From: Nemertoderma westbladi
Lineage: Eukaryota > Animalia > Xenacoelomorpha
DNA length: 64,000 nt
Assembly (NCBI GenBank): GCA_032718475.1
Contig: JAUCBJ010001939.1
Span: forward strand, 9,210-73,209
Direction: 5' to 3'
The position numbers and the translations under genes are program-made. The notes beneath the pieces are model-generated. The model saw only the letters and a program-made list of their open reading frames with translations, was not told the DNA's origin and did not search any database. Shown here one piece after another: positions 1 through 9,797 of this stretch (the first letter of the stretch is position 1; each line of letters starts with the position of its first letter).

Positions 1-576
1 AGCCGTGGGCGTGATTATTACCCGACGCTGGAAAACCCGGGAATAATAGTAGATTTCCAATATTATACGCATCTTCCGCAGATCGACCAACACCCCGTTG
101 CAACCATTTATTTTAAAGAGTTTGCGGCTTATAATACTACCATCAAATCATTAGAAAACGTATGGTTTATTAATGGTCCACCCGCAAAAATTTTAAGTTT
201 ACGCGAATACGACCGTCTCACACAACTCGCCAATATTACGCATCACATTAATTTTGACTACGGATTTATGGACCAAAGCGCATTTAAAATATACATACAG
301 GAATGGTTACAAGAAAAAAAACGGTTGGGGTTTCAAATATTAATACGCGGAATACCGAAATTATTTATTTTAAAAAATGAATTTAATGTGAATGGAACAC
401 TTCTAGAAACGTACGGCATAAACGAAAAATATGCCGATTATGACACCAAATGTCTTTTTCACGATTATTCAGCAATAACAAATTGTGCCTACCATTCTGA
501 TAATAGTGATTCTTGTTTTAATTATTGTTCTGCGAAACTCGCGGTTGGTTATGGGAAATGGTTATCATCGAATTAA
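1..576 (+). CDS. Polinton accessory protein, DEDD/DnaQ-like exonuclease fold with C-terminal Cys/His motif (5'-partial)
   Basis: Frame 1 is open from base 1, longer than the 268..576 ORF track. It reads ...IIVDFQYY...YFKEFAAY...HHINFDYG...ILIRGIPK...LLETYG...CAYH...CSAK, the pattern I recall for the Polinton VDxxGF/KELA/HGL.W..G/C..H..CA family. Confidence 0.55.
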   Translation, partial: SRGRDYYPTLENPGIIVDFQYYTHLPQIDQHPVATIYFKEFAAYNTTIKSLENVWFINGPPAKILSLREYDRLTQLANITHHINFDYGFMDQSAFKIYIQEWLQEKKRLGFQILIRGIPKLFILKNEFNVNGTLLETYGINEKYADYDTKCLFHDYSAITNCAYHSDNSDSCFNYCSAKLAVGYGKWLSSN

Positions 577-690
577 TGTATATATAATTAATTATTGTGT
601 TATTATATGCTACTTATATTTGTTGATTACACATATACGTAAGTAGTAAAGAATTATTATTATATGTTATAATAAATACTCATAATAATA

Positions 691-1218
691 ATGTCAGATT
701 CTGATTTGTTTAAATTATATAGCGCCCCACAAATCCAACTGGGAAGCGGGAATTATAGCGATATACCCGTTTTTAAGGGTGGAAGCATTCTCCCTGGGTT
801 TGGCCCATCTACTGGTATATGGAATAATAAGAATAATAAATTCGGCCGGCGATACACCCAAAATCGTCAGCGTGGGCGCGGAATATTAACAACTGGCCTA
901 GGTATATTAGCGCGCAAGTTAGGGAGAAAGGTGCTAACTAAGGCACTCCCCAAAGCAGCGAAAGTAGCATGGAAATACATAATACCAGAAGGAAAACGTA
1001 TTTTACGCAGTAAAGCAGATGATTTGATAAATAAAGTGGCCGAGCGGTTAGAACCTCATCCAAAGACACGCCAAATCGCCCAACGGGTATACAATGAATT
1101 TACAAACCCGAAAAGTAAAAAAAAGAGGAGTGGGAAACGGCGACACCCAAGTGTGGGTATGAACGTTGGGCGGAAATGTAAAAAGCGAAATAATAAATGT
1201 CGCGATATTTTTATGTAA
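691..1218 (+). CDS. Polinton basic virion core protein precursor
   Basis: 175 aa, Lys/Arg-rich, with QLGSG and QRGRG glycine motifs (candidate protease sites), an amphipathic segment and C-terminal DIF; lies directly upstream of the capsid gene. Confidence 0.7.
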   Translation: MSDSDLFKLYSAPQIQLGSGNYSDIPVFKGGSILPGFGPSTGIWNNKNNKFGRRYTQNRQRGRGILTTGLGILARKLGRKVLTKALPKAAKVAWKYIIPEGKRILRSKADDLINKVAERLEPHPKTRQIAQRVYNEFTNPKSKKKRSGKRRHPSVGMNVGRKCKKRNNKCRDIFM

Positions 1219-1227
1219 CTTAACAAA

Positions 1228-2478
1228 ATGAGTAAATTAGAATTATCATTATTCTCGAGTAAAACAAATCAGCGAGAATATACATCTTCACATTTTTTGG
1301 ATATCTACCCGATTTCTACTCTTGACGCGAATGCCAGGCAAATAGAGTTCTTTATACCCCAGTCAAATGTTCTATATACTGATTTAAAGAATTCGAAATT
1401 TCACATTAAATATAAAATTACATGGGATGGTAATAGGGCTAACGACGATACAACCCTCCACCATCTTAATTACCCGGGTGGGTCACTATTTGAAAATTGT
1501 TCGTTATATTTAAATGAAAAGCTAGTTGAAACCTCGAATGGGTTCTACGCCTATAAGTCTACGTTTCAGACATTACTGTTGACAGATGCTAACGAAAAAC
1601 GCAGTATTTTAAGAGCTGGTGGGTATGAAGATACTGATAATAATCTAGGTGGGGTACCTGTCGCTACTGAGAATGACGTTCGTGGGAATTATGTTAAATT
1701 CGTTGTGGCCCCAATTTTTTTAGACCTGGCAAGCCAGGACAAATTACTGCCGCCGGGAATTAACATTCGACTTCGTATAGACCGAGTATCGAATAATTTT
1801 TTTTTGAAAGTTGAACCCCCCGCAGGATTGGTAAACCCAAGAGTTGAAATCATGAATATTAATTTAAAAATAAAACACCACAAGATTGATGCCGAGGTTA
1901 TGCGTGCGCATTTGTTGGGGTCACAAAAAAATGACTTTATTTATAACTTGTTAAAACAAGAAGTGAAAACCTTCACTATTGGTGGCGGGCAGTCCAGTTA
2001 TACAGAATCGAACATAATCCAAGGAAAATTACCTAAGTATATTTTGGTTGGAATGCTTACCAACGCCAGCTTCAACGGGGAATTAAGCAGTAATCCGCTA
2101 CATTTTAACCATTTCGGTTTAAATTATGCCGAACTAAACATCGACTCCCGTATTATACACGGGTATCCATATCGCCCTAACTTTCTGGAAAACAATTTTA
2201 TGTTGGAATTCGAAAGTTTAATGAACGTGTTCAAGAGCTTGAGCGGCGTATTTTGCTCGCTAACACCAGAACGGTTTCGTACCCAATTTCCTTTGATCGT
2301 ATTCGATCTTACTGCGGGAGGCGACCAAAGCCATGAAATTCAACCTAGTATTCATACAAGCGGGCATTTGATTCTGAAATTTAGTAATGCACTAGATAAC
2401 ACTATTAACGTTATATTAATGGCAAGCTATGACGCTCTTCTATCTATTTCGGAAGCCAAGAAAATAATAACTGAATAA
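1228..2478 (+). CDS. Polinton major capsid protein (PY, double jelly roll)
   Basis: 416 aa with ELSLF, IEFFI..YTDL, SLFENCSLYLN..YAYK, Q.KLLP.G..IRL, G.LP..ILVGM, F.G....NP.HFNHF and FDLT motifs typical of Polinton MCPs; uninterrupted. Confidence 0.88.
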   Translation: MSKLELSLFSSKTNQREYTSSHFLDIYPISTLDANARQIEFFIPQSNVLYTDLKNSKFHIKYKITWDGNRANDDTTLHHLNYPGGSLFENCSLYLNEKLVETSNGFYAYKSTFQTLLLTDANEKRSILRAGGYEDTDNNLGGVPVATENDVRGNYVKFVVAPIFLDLASQDKLLPPGINIRLRIDRVSNNFFLKVEPPAGLVNPRVEIMNINLKIKHHKIDAEVMRAHLLGSQKNDFIYNLLKQEVKTFTIGGGQSSYTESNIIQGKLPKYILVGMLTNASFNGELSSNPLHFNHFGLNYAELNIDSRIIHGYPYRPNFLENNFMLEFESLMNVFKSLSGVFCSLTPERFRTQFPLIVFDLTAGGDQSHEIQPSIHTSGHLILKFSNALDNTINVILMASYDALLSISEAKKIITE

Positions 2479-2542
2479 ATAAAGATCTCGCATAGTACAA
2501 AGTAAGCGAAGCCGCGCCGCCTGTGGATACGTGCACGCTAAG

Positions 2543-2986
2543 ATGTTGGACTCTATACAATTAGCGAAATTCCCGGTGGGGCCCGAATACATTGGTGTTT
2601 ACGCAATCGACCAATTACACCTAATACATGCAAAAAAAAAAAATAAGCATAAACAAAATTATTCATTTATTATTAATAATCAACGTATAGGCCTACCAGG
2701 GCAACACTGGTCTTGCGTACGCGTGGTTAAGAGAATTGCTTATTATTTAGATTCGTTTGGTAAAGCTCCTCCGCCAAAAATATCATATTGGTTGCATAAA
2801 TATACCCAAAGGCATACTTGGAATCGTAAAATATTTCAAGCGCCGCAATCGACTCAGTGTGGTCTATTTTGTCTGTATTATTTAACCGAGGTGCCGAAAA
2901 ATCTTGGAGCAATGAATATATTCACCTCTAATTTGCGGTACAATGATTTATTGTTATTACTGTGGACACTTTCATTAATAAAATAA
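2543..2986 (+). CDS. Adenain-like (clan CE) cysteine maturation protease
   Basis: GVYAID, GQHW (His), YYLDSFG (Asp), Q..QS..CGLFC (Gln/Cys) catalytic motifs; ATG at 2543 preferred over GTG at 2531. Confidence 0.88.
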   Translation: MLDSIQLAKFPVGPEYIGVYAIDQLHLIHAKKKNKHKQNYSFIINNQRIGLPGQHWSCVRVVKRIAYYLDSFGKAPPPKISYWLHKYTQRHTWNRKIFQAPQSTQCGLFCLYYLTEVPKNLGAMNIFTSNLRYNDLLLLLWTLSLIK

Positions 2987-3514
2987 TTTATTTATTTCGG
3001 TTATGGGTATATTCAATTGCGGTGCGTGAACATATTATTAGCGCTAATATTAATTAATAATAAATATTTATTTCTTGGGTATATAGTAATAGCAATATTT
3101 TTAATAAATATATGGGACACGACAAGTGACGCGGGTTGGGGTCTTCACACCGTAATAATTGGTATAGAGCACATTGGGACCCAACTCTTTCCGTTATATA
3201 ACAAGCATCTGCCGCCCAACCTATGCGGTTAACACAAAGGCCAGAATCTCAATCCACGCTACGCACATTAGACAATAATTAAACGCTCTAACGACAATCA
3301 AAGGTCTGGGTTCAATTTACTCGCATATGTGACTGGTTTCACAAAAGAAATAAGCCATATATAGATACGAAGCGTAGATAATTAGCTAGTTCTGTTATAG
3401 TTTATTTACTATATTAACATCGGGAATAGCGATACCGAATTCACTTTATTATTAATTACATTATTAAATTATTATAAAGTTACATTATTAAATTATTATA
3501 AACTAAAACATATA

Positions 3515-3820
3515 ATGGCTACAGGCAGTGATAATAAATCAGTCTCGGAGGTTGCCACCGACAACAACCCCGTCCATCCAGCCGCCATCCAACAAATACC
3601 TGTTTCCGGTAGGGTGCCCCAAACTTACGGTGTGGGGAGTCGCGGGGGTACCATTGAACCCCTTAGAAGGCCTAATACGCCGATGGCAGCGTTGTATAGG
3701 CCTATCAATTTTTATCCGGCGATTGGTAGGCCTCTTAGGCCTATTGCCATGGTATTTCCAAATAAGCGGCCCCGAGGGCGTGGTCGTGGCTTATCGCCGT
3801 GGTTCCCCCCGAAGGGGTAG
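3515..3820 (+). CDS. Hypothetical Pro/Arg-rich Polinton accessory protein (possibly frameshifted, extending to 4009)
   Basis: GC-rich island in AT-rich DNA; ATG in an A-rich context like the other viral ORFs; no recognisable domain. Confidence 0.35.
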   Translation: MATGSDNKSVSEVATDNNPVHPAAIQQIPVSGRVPQTYGVGSRGGTIEPLRRPNTPMAALYRPINFYPAIGRPLRPIAMVFPNKRPRGRGRGLSPWFPPKG

Positions 3821-3990
3821 TCCCTGCAGAACCAGGTAGAATTGTTGGTGGGGTAGTCCGCCCAACTTGTGCCTGCCCCCCAAAAATGGTGGGGGAAACA
3901 AGGACGCCACCTCCCACCCAACATTAATGTAAGTAATAATTTAATTTCAACAATTAATATAATAACAATAAATAATTGCCAAAATTCAAC

Positions 3991-4585
3991 AATAGTACCC
4001 ACACGCTAAAGGCTTTGCTCACTCCGCGCCGCGCGGGTACCCATATTCTAAGGCTTCGTTCGATTCATGGCTCGACCTATTTTTTCATCAAATCACTGTA
4101 TAACAGAATTATTGGCAATTAAAACTTATGTTGGCATCGGACGGCGATAAGACAACTCACCGATAGCGCCTATATACCACCACCACCTACCGAAAATTAA
4201 TGTAAGTAATAATTTCGAAAATTATTATAATAACAATAATCACTTCACGGCTCGCCCCACAACTAGTTGCTTAGCAATAACTATAGAATTGTAATATTGG
4301 TGGCTGTCGTTAGTTGAATACAATAACCTTACTTCGATGCTATCACTCACTTCATGGCTCGCCCCATAGGTAGAATCATCAAATTAAAATAATATTATAA
4401 ATACTATAACCTTATACTCACTTCGTGGCTCACCCCACAACTTGTTGCGTAGTGATAAGTATAAATACAATAACCTTACTTCGATGCTATCACTCACTTC
4501 ATGGCTCGCCCCATAGGTAGAATAATCAAATTAAAATAATATTATAAATACCTTATTCTCACTTCGCGGCTCGCCCCCACAACTT
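3991..4585. repeat. Polinton subterminal direct repeats with core CTCACTTCRYGGCTCGCCCCA
   Basis: Core motif variants at ~4017, 4060, 4241, 4346, 4417, 4493 and 4558; an ~87-bp direct repeat at ~4318-4404 and ~4465-4551. Confidence 0.8.
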
Positions 4586-4648
4586 ATTGCTTGACAATAT
4601 TGGTAGCCACCGTTAGTCTGTGTTTATTCACCTTTTTTTAGTTGTTGC

Positions 4649-5027
4649 GTCTGTAATAGTCTATCATGTTAAAGACTTTATTAAATAAATTGGAGATGAG
4701 CTGTTGCAACTGTAATTAAAGGTGTAATATTATGGGTTTGTTCACTTTATAACAAACGTCTGCAACCCACTTACTATATTGGGTTTTACCTATTGCGGTT
4801 CAAGGTCAAACGCCGACCGGTAGACACGAATTAATTAAATTACTTCCGTCTGTGGACTGGCCTTATACCGCATATGTCACATATACACAGTGGTGACATA
4901 TGTTACATATGCACAATGGTAACCATAGTAACCATAGTAAGTGGGTGGGGCAACAATAGTAATTATAGTAAGTAGGCGGGGCAAGAGCCGTTCGGCAAAT
5001 TCTTTAACATGGTAGACTATGGCAGAC
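4649..5027. repeat. Inverted repeat pair bounding the probable Polinton terminal region
   Basis: 4649-4675 gtctgtaatagtctatcatgttaaaga vs reverse complement of 5001-5027 gtctgccatagtctaccatgttaaaga (24/27). Interior has caaggtcaaa, tacttccg and gtgggtggggc/gtaggcggggc boxes. Confidence 0.7.
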
Positions 5028-5029
5028 AC

Positions 5030-5340
5030 TGTCTCAATCCAGGTGTTTAGCATACTACTGTTATGTCTAGTGGTGATTCATCTACTGCTAGACCACGGTG
5101 ATTTAGTTGGGAGACATTCTGCCATACTTTTGCTTTAACAATGTTATGCATCTTATGGGGTTCTGCTGGCAGTGGCAACCCCATATACATGCATGATGCT
5201 TCTGAACGTAGAGTTAAAGTTTCTGATTCCAGATAATCATGTGTGTTCGATTTTCCATTTGTTTCTATGGATAAGAAATGGCATTTCTTTGTATTCAGTA
5301 GCAGGTTGTGGTCCTCAAAGTATTTCGATGCATGAATGAA
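5030..5340 (-). pseudogene. Degenerate non-LTR reverse transcriptase fragment
   Basis: Minus strand reads SKYFEDHNLLLNTKKCHFL, resembling the RT segment downstream of YADD; stops nearby. Confidence 0.35.
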
Positions 5341-5347
5341 TTTAGAT

Positions 5348-5541
5348 ACTCCCCAGAGGAAACTCCAGTACTAAATTTAGCTCCCATTTAGATGCAATAA
5401 GGCAGAGATACCGGTATAACCTGTCTAGACCCTTTAATTAAAGCAATCGTGCCGAAACGAAAACTGCATTGGCCCCCATGCGGGGGTTGAACCAACGACC
5501 TCCGAGAGATGTGAATTCAATGTAACCACTACACCAAAGTG
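5348..5541 (-). mobile_element. tRNA-derived SINE (family A), partial
   Basis: Minus strand has A box TGGTGTAGTGG and B box GGTTCAACC; homologous to 15971-16150 (shared actccccagaggaaact and tcgtgccgaaacgaaaactgc). Confidence 0.75.
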
Positions 5542-6267
5542 ATACACTCGGTACCCCTCGAAGCTTTAGTGGGATTGGATTGAGATATCAGAATTGTCGA
5601 AAGATGCAGCTCTTAACGTTCTGTTATCAGTTTTTACTTGAAAATGTTAAATAAATAATTTAAATAATTAATAATAATTTAATTAAATAAAACTTTTACT
5701 CTAACACCGCGATTAAACCTTAAATCAATATCATTATAGACGACCATAATCTAAATGGCACAAAATGTTTAGGCTATAGGTCAACCAATTATTGATACCC
5801 ATACTCTACACTGTACAGTAGGTTAGTTGACATAGACTAGAGTCATATTGTGCAACAAGTCGAGGAACCACGCACTCTACATACTCTCATCACCTCGAAC
5901 CCAAGTCTCACCGCGGATCCAACAAGAACAACAACAACTCAGTAACAGCACTATATCTTGACTATCAAATAAAAATGAAGAATATAGAGTCACTCTCCTG
6001 GGCTGGCTTCAGCCTCTTCAATCCTGGCATCCACCAATAAAGTCTGGACCCTGCCGCCGCCAGCTGAACCTCAACTATTTCAACAGTTATTAAAGTAAGC
6101 AGATGTTTACCCCCCCCCCCCCCCCCCCCGCCCCCCGACCCCCGCCCCGCCGGAAAATTCATGGATGCGTAATATGATAAACACAACATAAAATATGATC
6201 CATGTACGGCCCATGGTACGAAACGGTTAAGTATCGCCTTAAACATAGTCCATCTACAGTATTTAGC

Positions 6268-6327
<60 letters not shown>

Positions 6328-8489
6328 CACTTTCCGAATACAACATTACATTGGCCAAGCAACACATCTCGCTCTCTGTGCAGTCGTGCTATTTGCTAAA
6401 GTACTGTAAGTACTGTACGTCCAAGTTACTTATCAATATCACAATTATTGGATATAATATCTACATGTGGTCTCACCATTGCAGTGTAATTACCGCATTC
6501 TATTTGTATGCTACTGTAGTCTTAGAGAATAATATGCCTACTACAACTGTATATTATGTAGGGCCGCGCTATTGAGACTCACATTTTGTATACTGTAGCA
6601 GCAATATTAAGATTTTAATAATTAAATATCACTGCAGCATACTGTAAACTTCTTATTTTCGCCCATGCGAAGAAGAATACCAGCAGGATTTCACTTTTCG
6701 GTCGACTTTTTATTGGAATTTTATATATGAAGATTTTTTTGTTTTTTTTTATTTATCGTTATTAAGTGTTTTATAGCGCTTATTTATGTCTTATAACCTG
6801 TACATATACTAATTCGATTATTGTTTTGGTTAGATTCAGCACTTCTGTAACCTGTGTTTTTGGTGAAAACCTGGTATGCTTCCCATGGGGGTATCTGCAA
6901 AGTGAAATATAACGGCAGAAAGTCTGGTATTCTTCACATGGGCCCTTAATTTCACAGTCGATAACCTACTGTATAAAATTGTGTTATTTATAGGCCCTAC
7001 TATTACAGTATCTATCATGACCTTAGGCCTACATATCTTACAGAGACCAGTTTATAGATCGGATTATGGTTTGGTTTTGGAACAGTGATTCTGCGTTATC
7101 AATAATTCATTAATCGATTAATGTATCTTAAGTACAGTAGTAATGATTCAATTTTAAGGGATGCACGGAATCTGAAATACGTAATGGTTCTTACTGGAAA
7201 AAGATTAGTTTGTTGTATTACTACCCCGACCCCGACATAACAAGGTTTGCCCATATCACAAGTTCAGTACCGGGGAAGGATGTTTGTAAGGTATATTTTC
7301 AGGAAGAGTGTAACTAATACAGTAGACGTAAATAATTCTTTGGAAATAATTAATATTGAATTCCAAGGTAAGCCACTACTGTTAGTTAGCCAGCTTGGCA
7401 TACAGTACTTCAGCATTGTCTCGTGCATTGGTGCATATTTGCAATTATTTACCAATTTAGCCATAAAGAGGGCCTGAAGGTGGAGAAGTCTCCCTGTATT
7501 ATAAACTTTTTTACTTTTCTAAAAAATTTACTGAACATGTGATTAAAATATGATATCATGGTTCAATGGGCGAATGCCGTTGTTTACAGTAGGAGTAGGG
7601 CCTAGTAAAAATGTTCCGAATCTCAAGAAATCTCAATCTAAATCAAAATTAACTGGTACAGTATACTGTACTTTTGTCTTTCCTTTAAAAACTAGATGTT
7701 TTCTGATATGACTTTGTAATTGGTGTCATTCAATTATCTTGGGCCCTGCAACCTTTTTACAGGGTACTTACTCTCTACTCCACCTTTAAAAATATTGTCA
7801 TTTGGCGGAGCACACAGTAGGCCTACGGTAAATTCTGATTTCAAATCGATTACAATTTACAGTATGCCTGTGTAAGGCAGTAAGGGCCTCCGAGATAATT
7901 GCCTTCAAAGTTCAAACTTCCCCACCTAAAACAGACTGTCTGGGGTACGCTTGTTTAATAATGTCTGGCACGAAGGAAGCACACCACCGAGCTAAAATTT
8001 TAATAACGGGCTTTCTGAATCGCTAATTTCATTTCTGATATTACTTTGAATATTTGGTGGAATCTATTCTGTCGGTTCTGTTTGTTTTATATTTTGGCGG
8101 GCAGATTGGCAAGCAGAGAGATTCCATTATTAGCCTACTCGAGCTACAGTAGTTGTAATATAAAACACATTTCTGAACTTTTTAAGTTGTAATAAAAAAA
8201 CAAATTTCCGAACATTGAACACCCCCCCCCCCCCCCCCCCCACCCACGCCTTCCCCTAAAAAAATGTTATTAGAGGGCCTCCCACAAAGTTACGGCCTAG
8301 GGCCTCCCACAATCTAAATCCGACTCTGCACCCCCACCCCCCCCCCCCCCCCCCGCCAATCCCCATCTCCTGTCATACTTTAATTTAATGACAGCAATAC
8401 TTTATTTTATTATTTTTCTACAAATATTAATGAAATTTGAGACAGAGATAATTTTCCCCTTACCTTGTAAGTTACAATTTTTTCACAAG

Positions 8490-8620
8490 TGTGCGAGATT
8501 GCATTAAGCTGCACATTGCACCCCCACAACGCCCTATCCCCCATGACTTTCTCGAGATTATCCGCATATTCTAGGTCAATGTCCTTTAAGAGGTATCTCA
8601 CAAGAACCAGCCTTTTCTAA
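8490..8620 (-). mobile_element. RTE-clade LINE 3' fragment, degenerate
   Basis: Encodes LLKDIDLEYADNLEKVMGDRALW, matching ILKDTGLEDADDLANVMGDRELW of the 43 kb and 55 kb copies. Confidence 0.7.
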
Positions 8621-9319
8621 TGAACTGGAGGGTAAAGAGCCTTTGGGCTCCCTCTAGTGATTCTGCGAGTCTGTATATTCGTGTCGTAGATTTAATAATG
8701 AATAAACACAGCCTAGGGTTTATTATTACAATAGTTGGGGGTTGGGGGGGGGGGGGGGGGGGGTATACTATGGTAAATAACGCGGGACTGTTGAGGGTAG
8801 GAGAGTGGGGGCATCGGGGGGGTAGGACGGGGTAGGGCAGGTGTAGAAAAAGAGCACCTGGGATCTAGGGGTAGAACGGGAAAACATCGTTTGGGTCTAT
8901 CACACTCCATGAAATGCATTCCGTTCATCTGTCAGTCTGTCATGCCCTTTGTTTAGACCAGCCTTGCACATTGCAGCCTTGGCAACAACTGTATTCTTAA
9001 ATCTGTAGGCGTACTGCTGTATGTCTGTATGTTGCTTGTCTGATAGTGGATAGATACCGGTACTACAGTAGGCCTATAGAAATGTCTACAGCACAATACT
9101 GCCTGACTGCAGTACTGCAATAACAGAATACAGGAATAGGTTGGCGTTGGCCTAACCCAGCTGCCCAGTAATGAGTAGGCCTAACTACTGAACTAGCTAA
9201 CAGCAGAAACAAAGCAGTCTGGCAGTAGGTCAATAACTCATTCCACATTCTGACATTTTGCTGTTTGGAATTATTCAGTGTCAGTCCTGCAGTCCAGCTG
9301 GTCAGTCAGTTCATTGTCT

Positions 9320-9710
9320 TATCTGGTCTAGAACGCTGGGCTACAGAATGGCAACTTACTATAGCTGCTCACAAATGTCACGTGCTATATTTTGGTGCTA
9401 AGTGCTAACAACAACCGTACCCAGTAGGCCCTATTGCCTTTACAATAAGATTCTTAAAGAAAAAACTTATTGCAAAGACTTAGGCCTAGGTGTCACAATA
9501 TCAAACAATTTAAAATTTGACAAGTACTGTCGTGAGAAAGTTGCTAAGGCCTACAAAATTGTGAATATGATTTCCCGCTGTTTTTACACAAAGAATAGAC
9601 AAGCCATCATGCTTGTGCTTGCTTATAAATCGTACGTACGTCCCTTATTAGAATATTGTACTCCTGTCAGCCTGTATGGTCCCCATTCCTGCCCACGTCT
9701 ATTGACCTAG
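9320..9710 (+). mobile_element. Old CR1-type LINE fragment, left piece
   Basis: WATEWQL..AHKCHVLYFG, KDLG..ISNNLKF, AYKSYVRPLLEYC motifs with frameshifts. Confidence 0.7.
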
Positions 9711-9797
9711 TCTGCTAGTTGATAGTGTACAGCGGTACTTTACACGTAGACTTTACTTACGGTGCGGATTGTCACGTAATAATTACATCGACCGTCT

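Larger units (their letters stand above)
1..5027 (+). mobile_element. Polinton/Maverick (adintovirus-like) endogenous DNA virus, right-hand portion; pPolB, integrase and ATPase not in window
   Basis: Tightly packed, intronless, co-oriented ORFs in core protein - major capsid - cysteine protease order, followed by repeat-rich non-coding DNA and an inverted-repeat-bounded end near 5020. The right boundary is inferred. Confidence 0.88.

Noticed and set aside
3017-3232. 71-aa hydrophobic ORF in the Polinton
   Set aside because: TTG start and AT-rich low complexity; no supporting motif.
5965-6399. Poly-Gly / poly-Pro ORFs
   Set aside because: Caused by C homopolymer runs.
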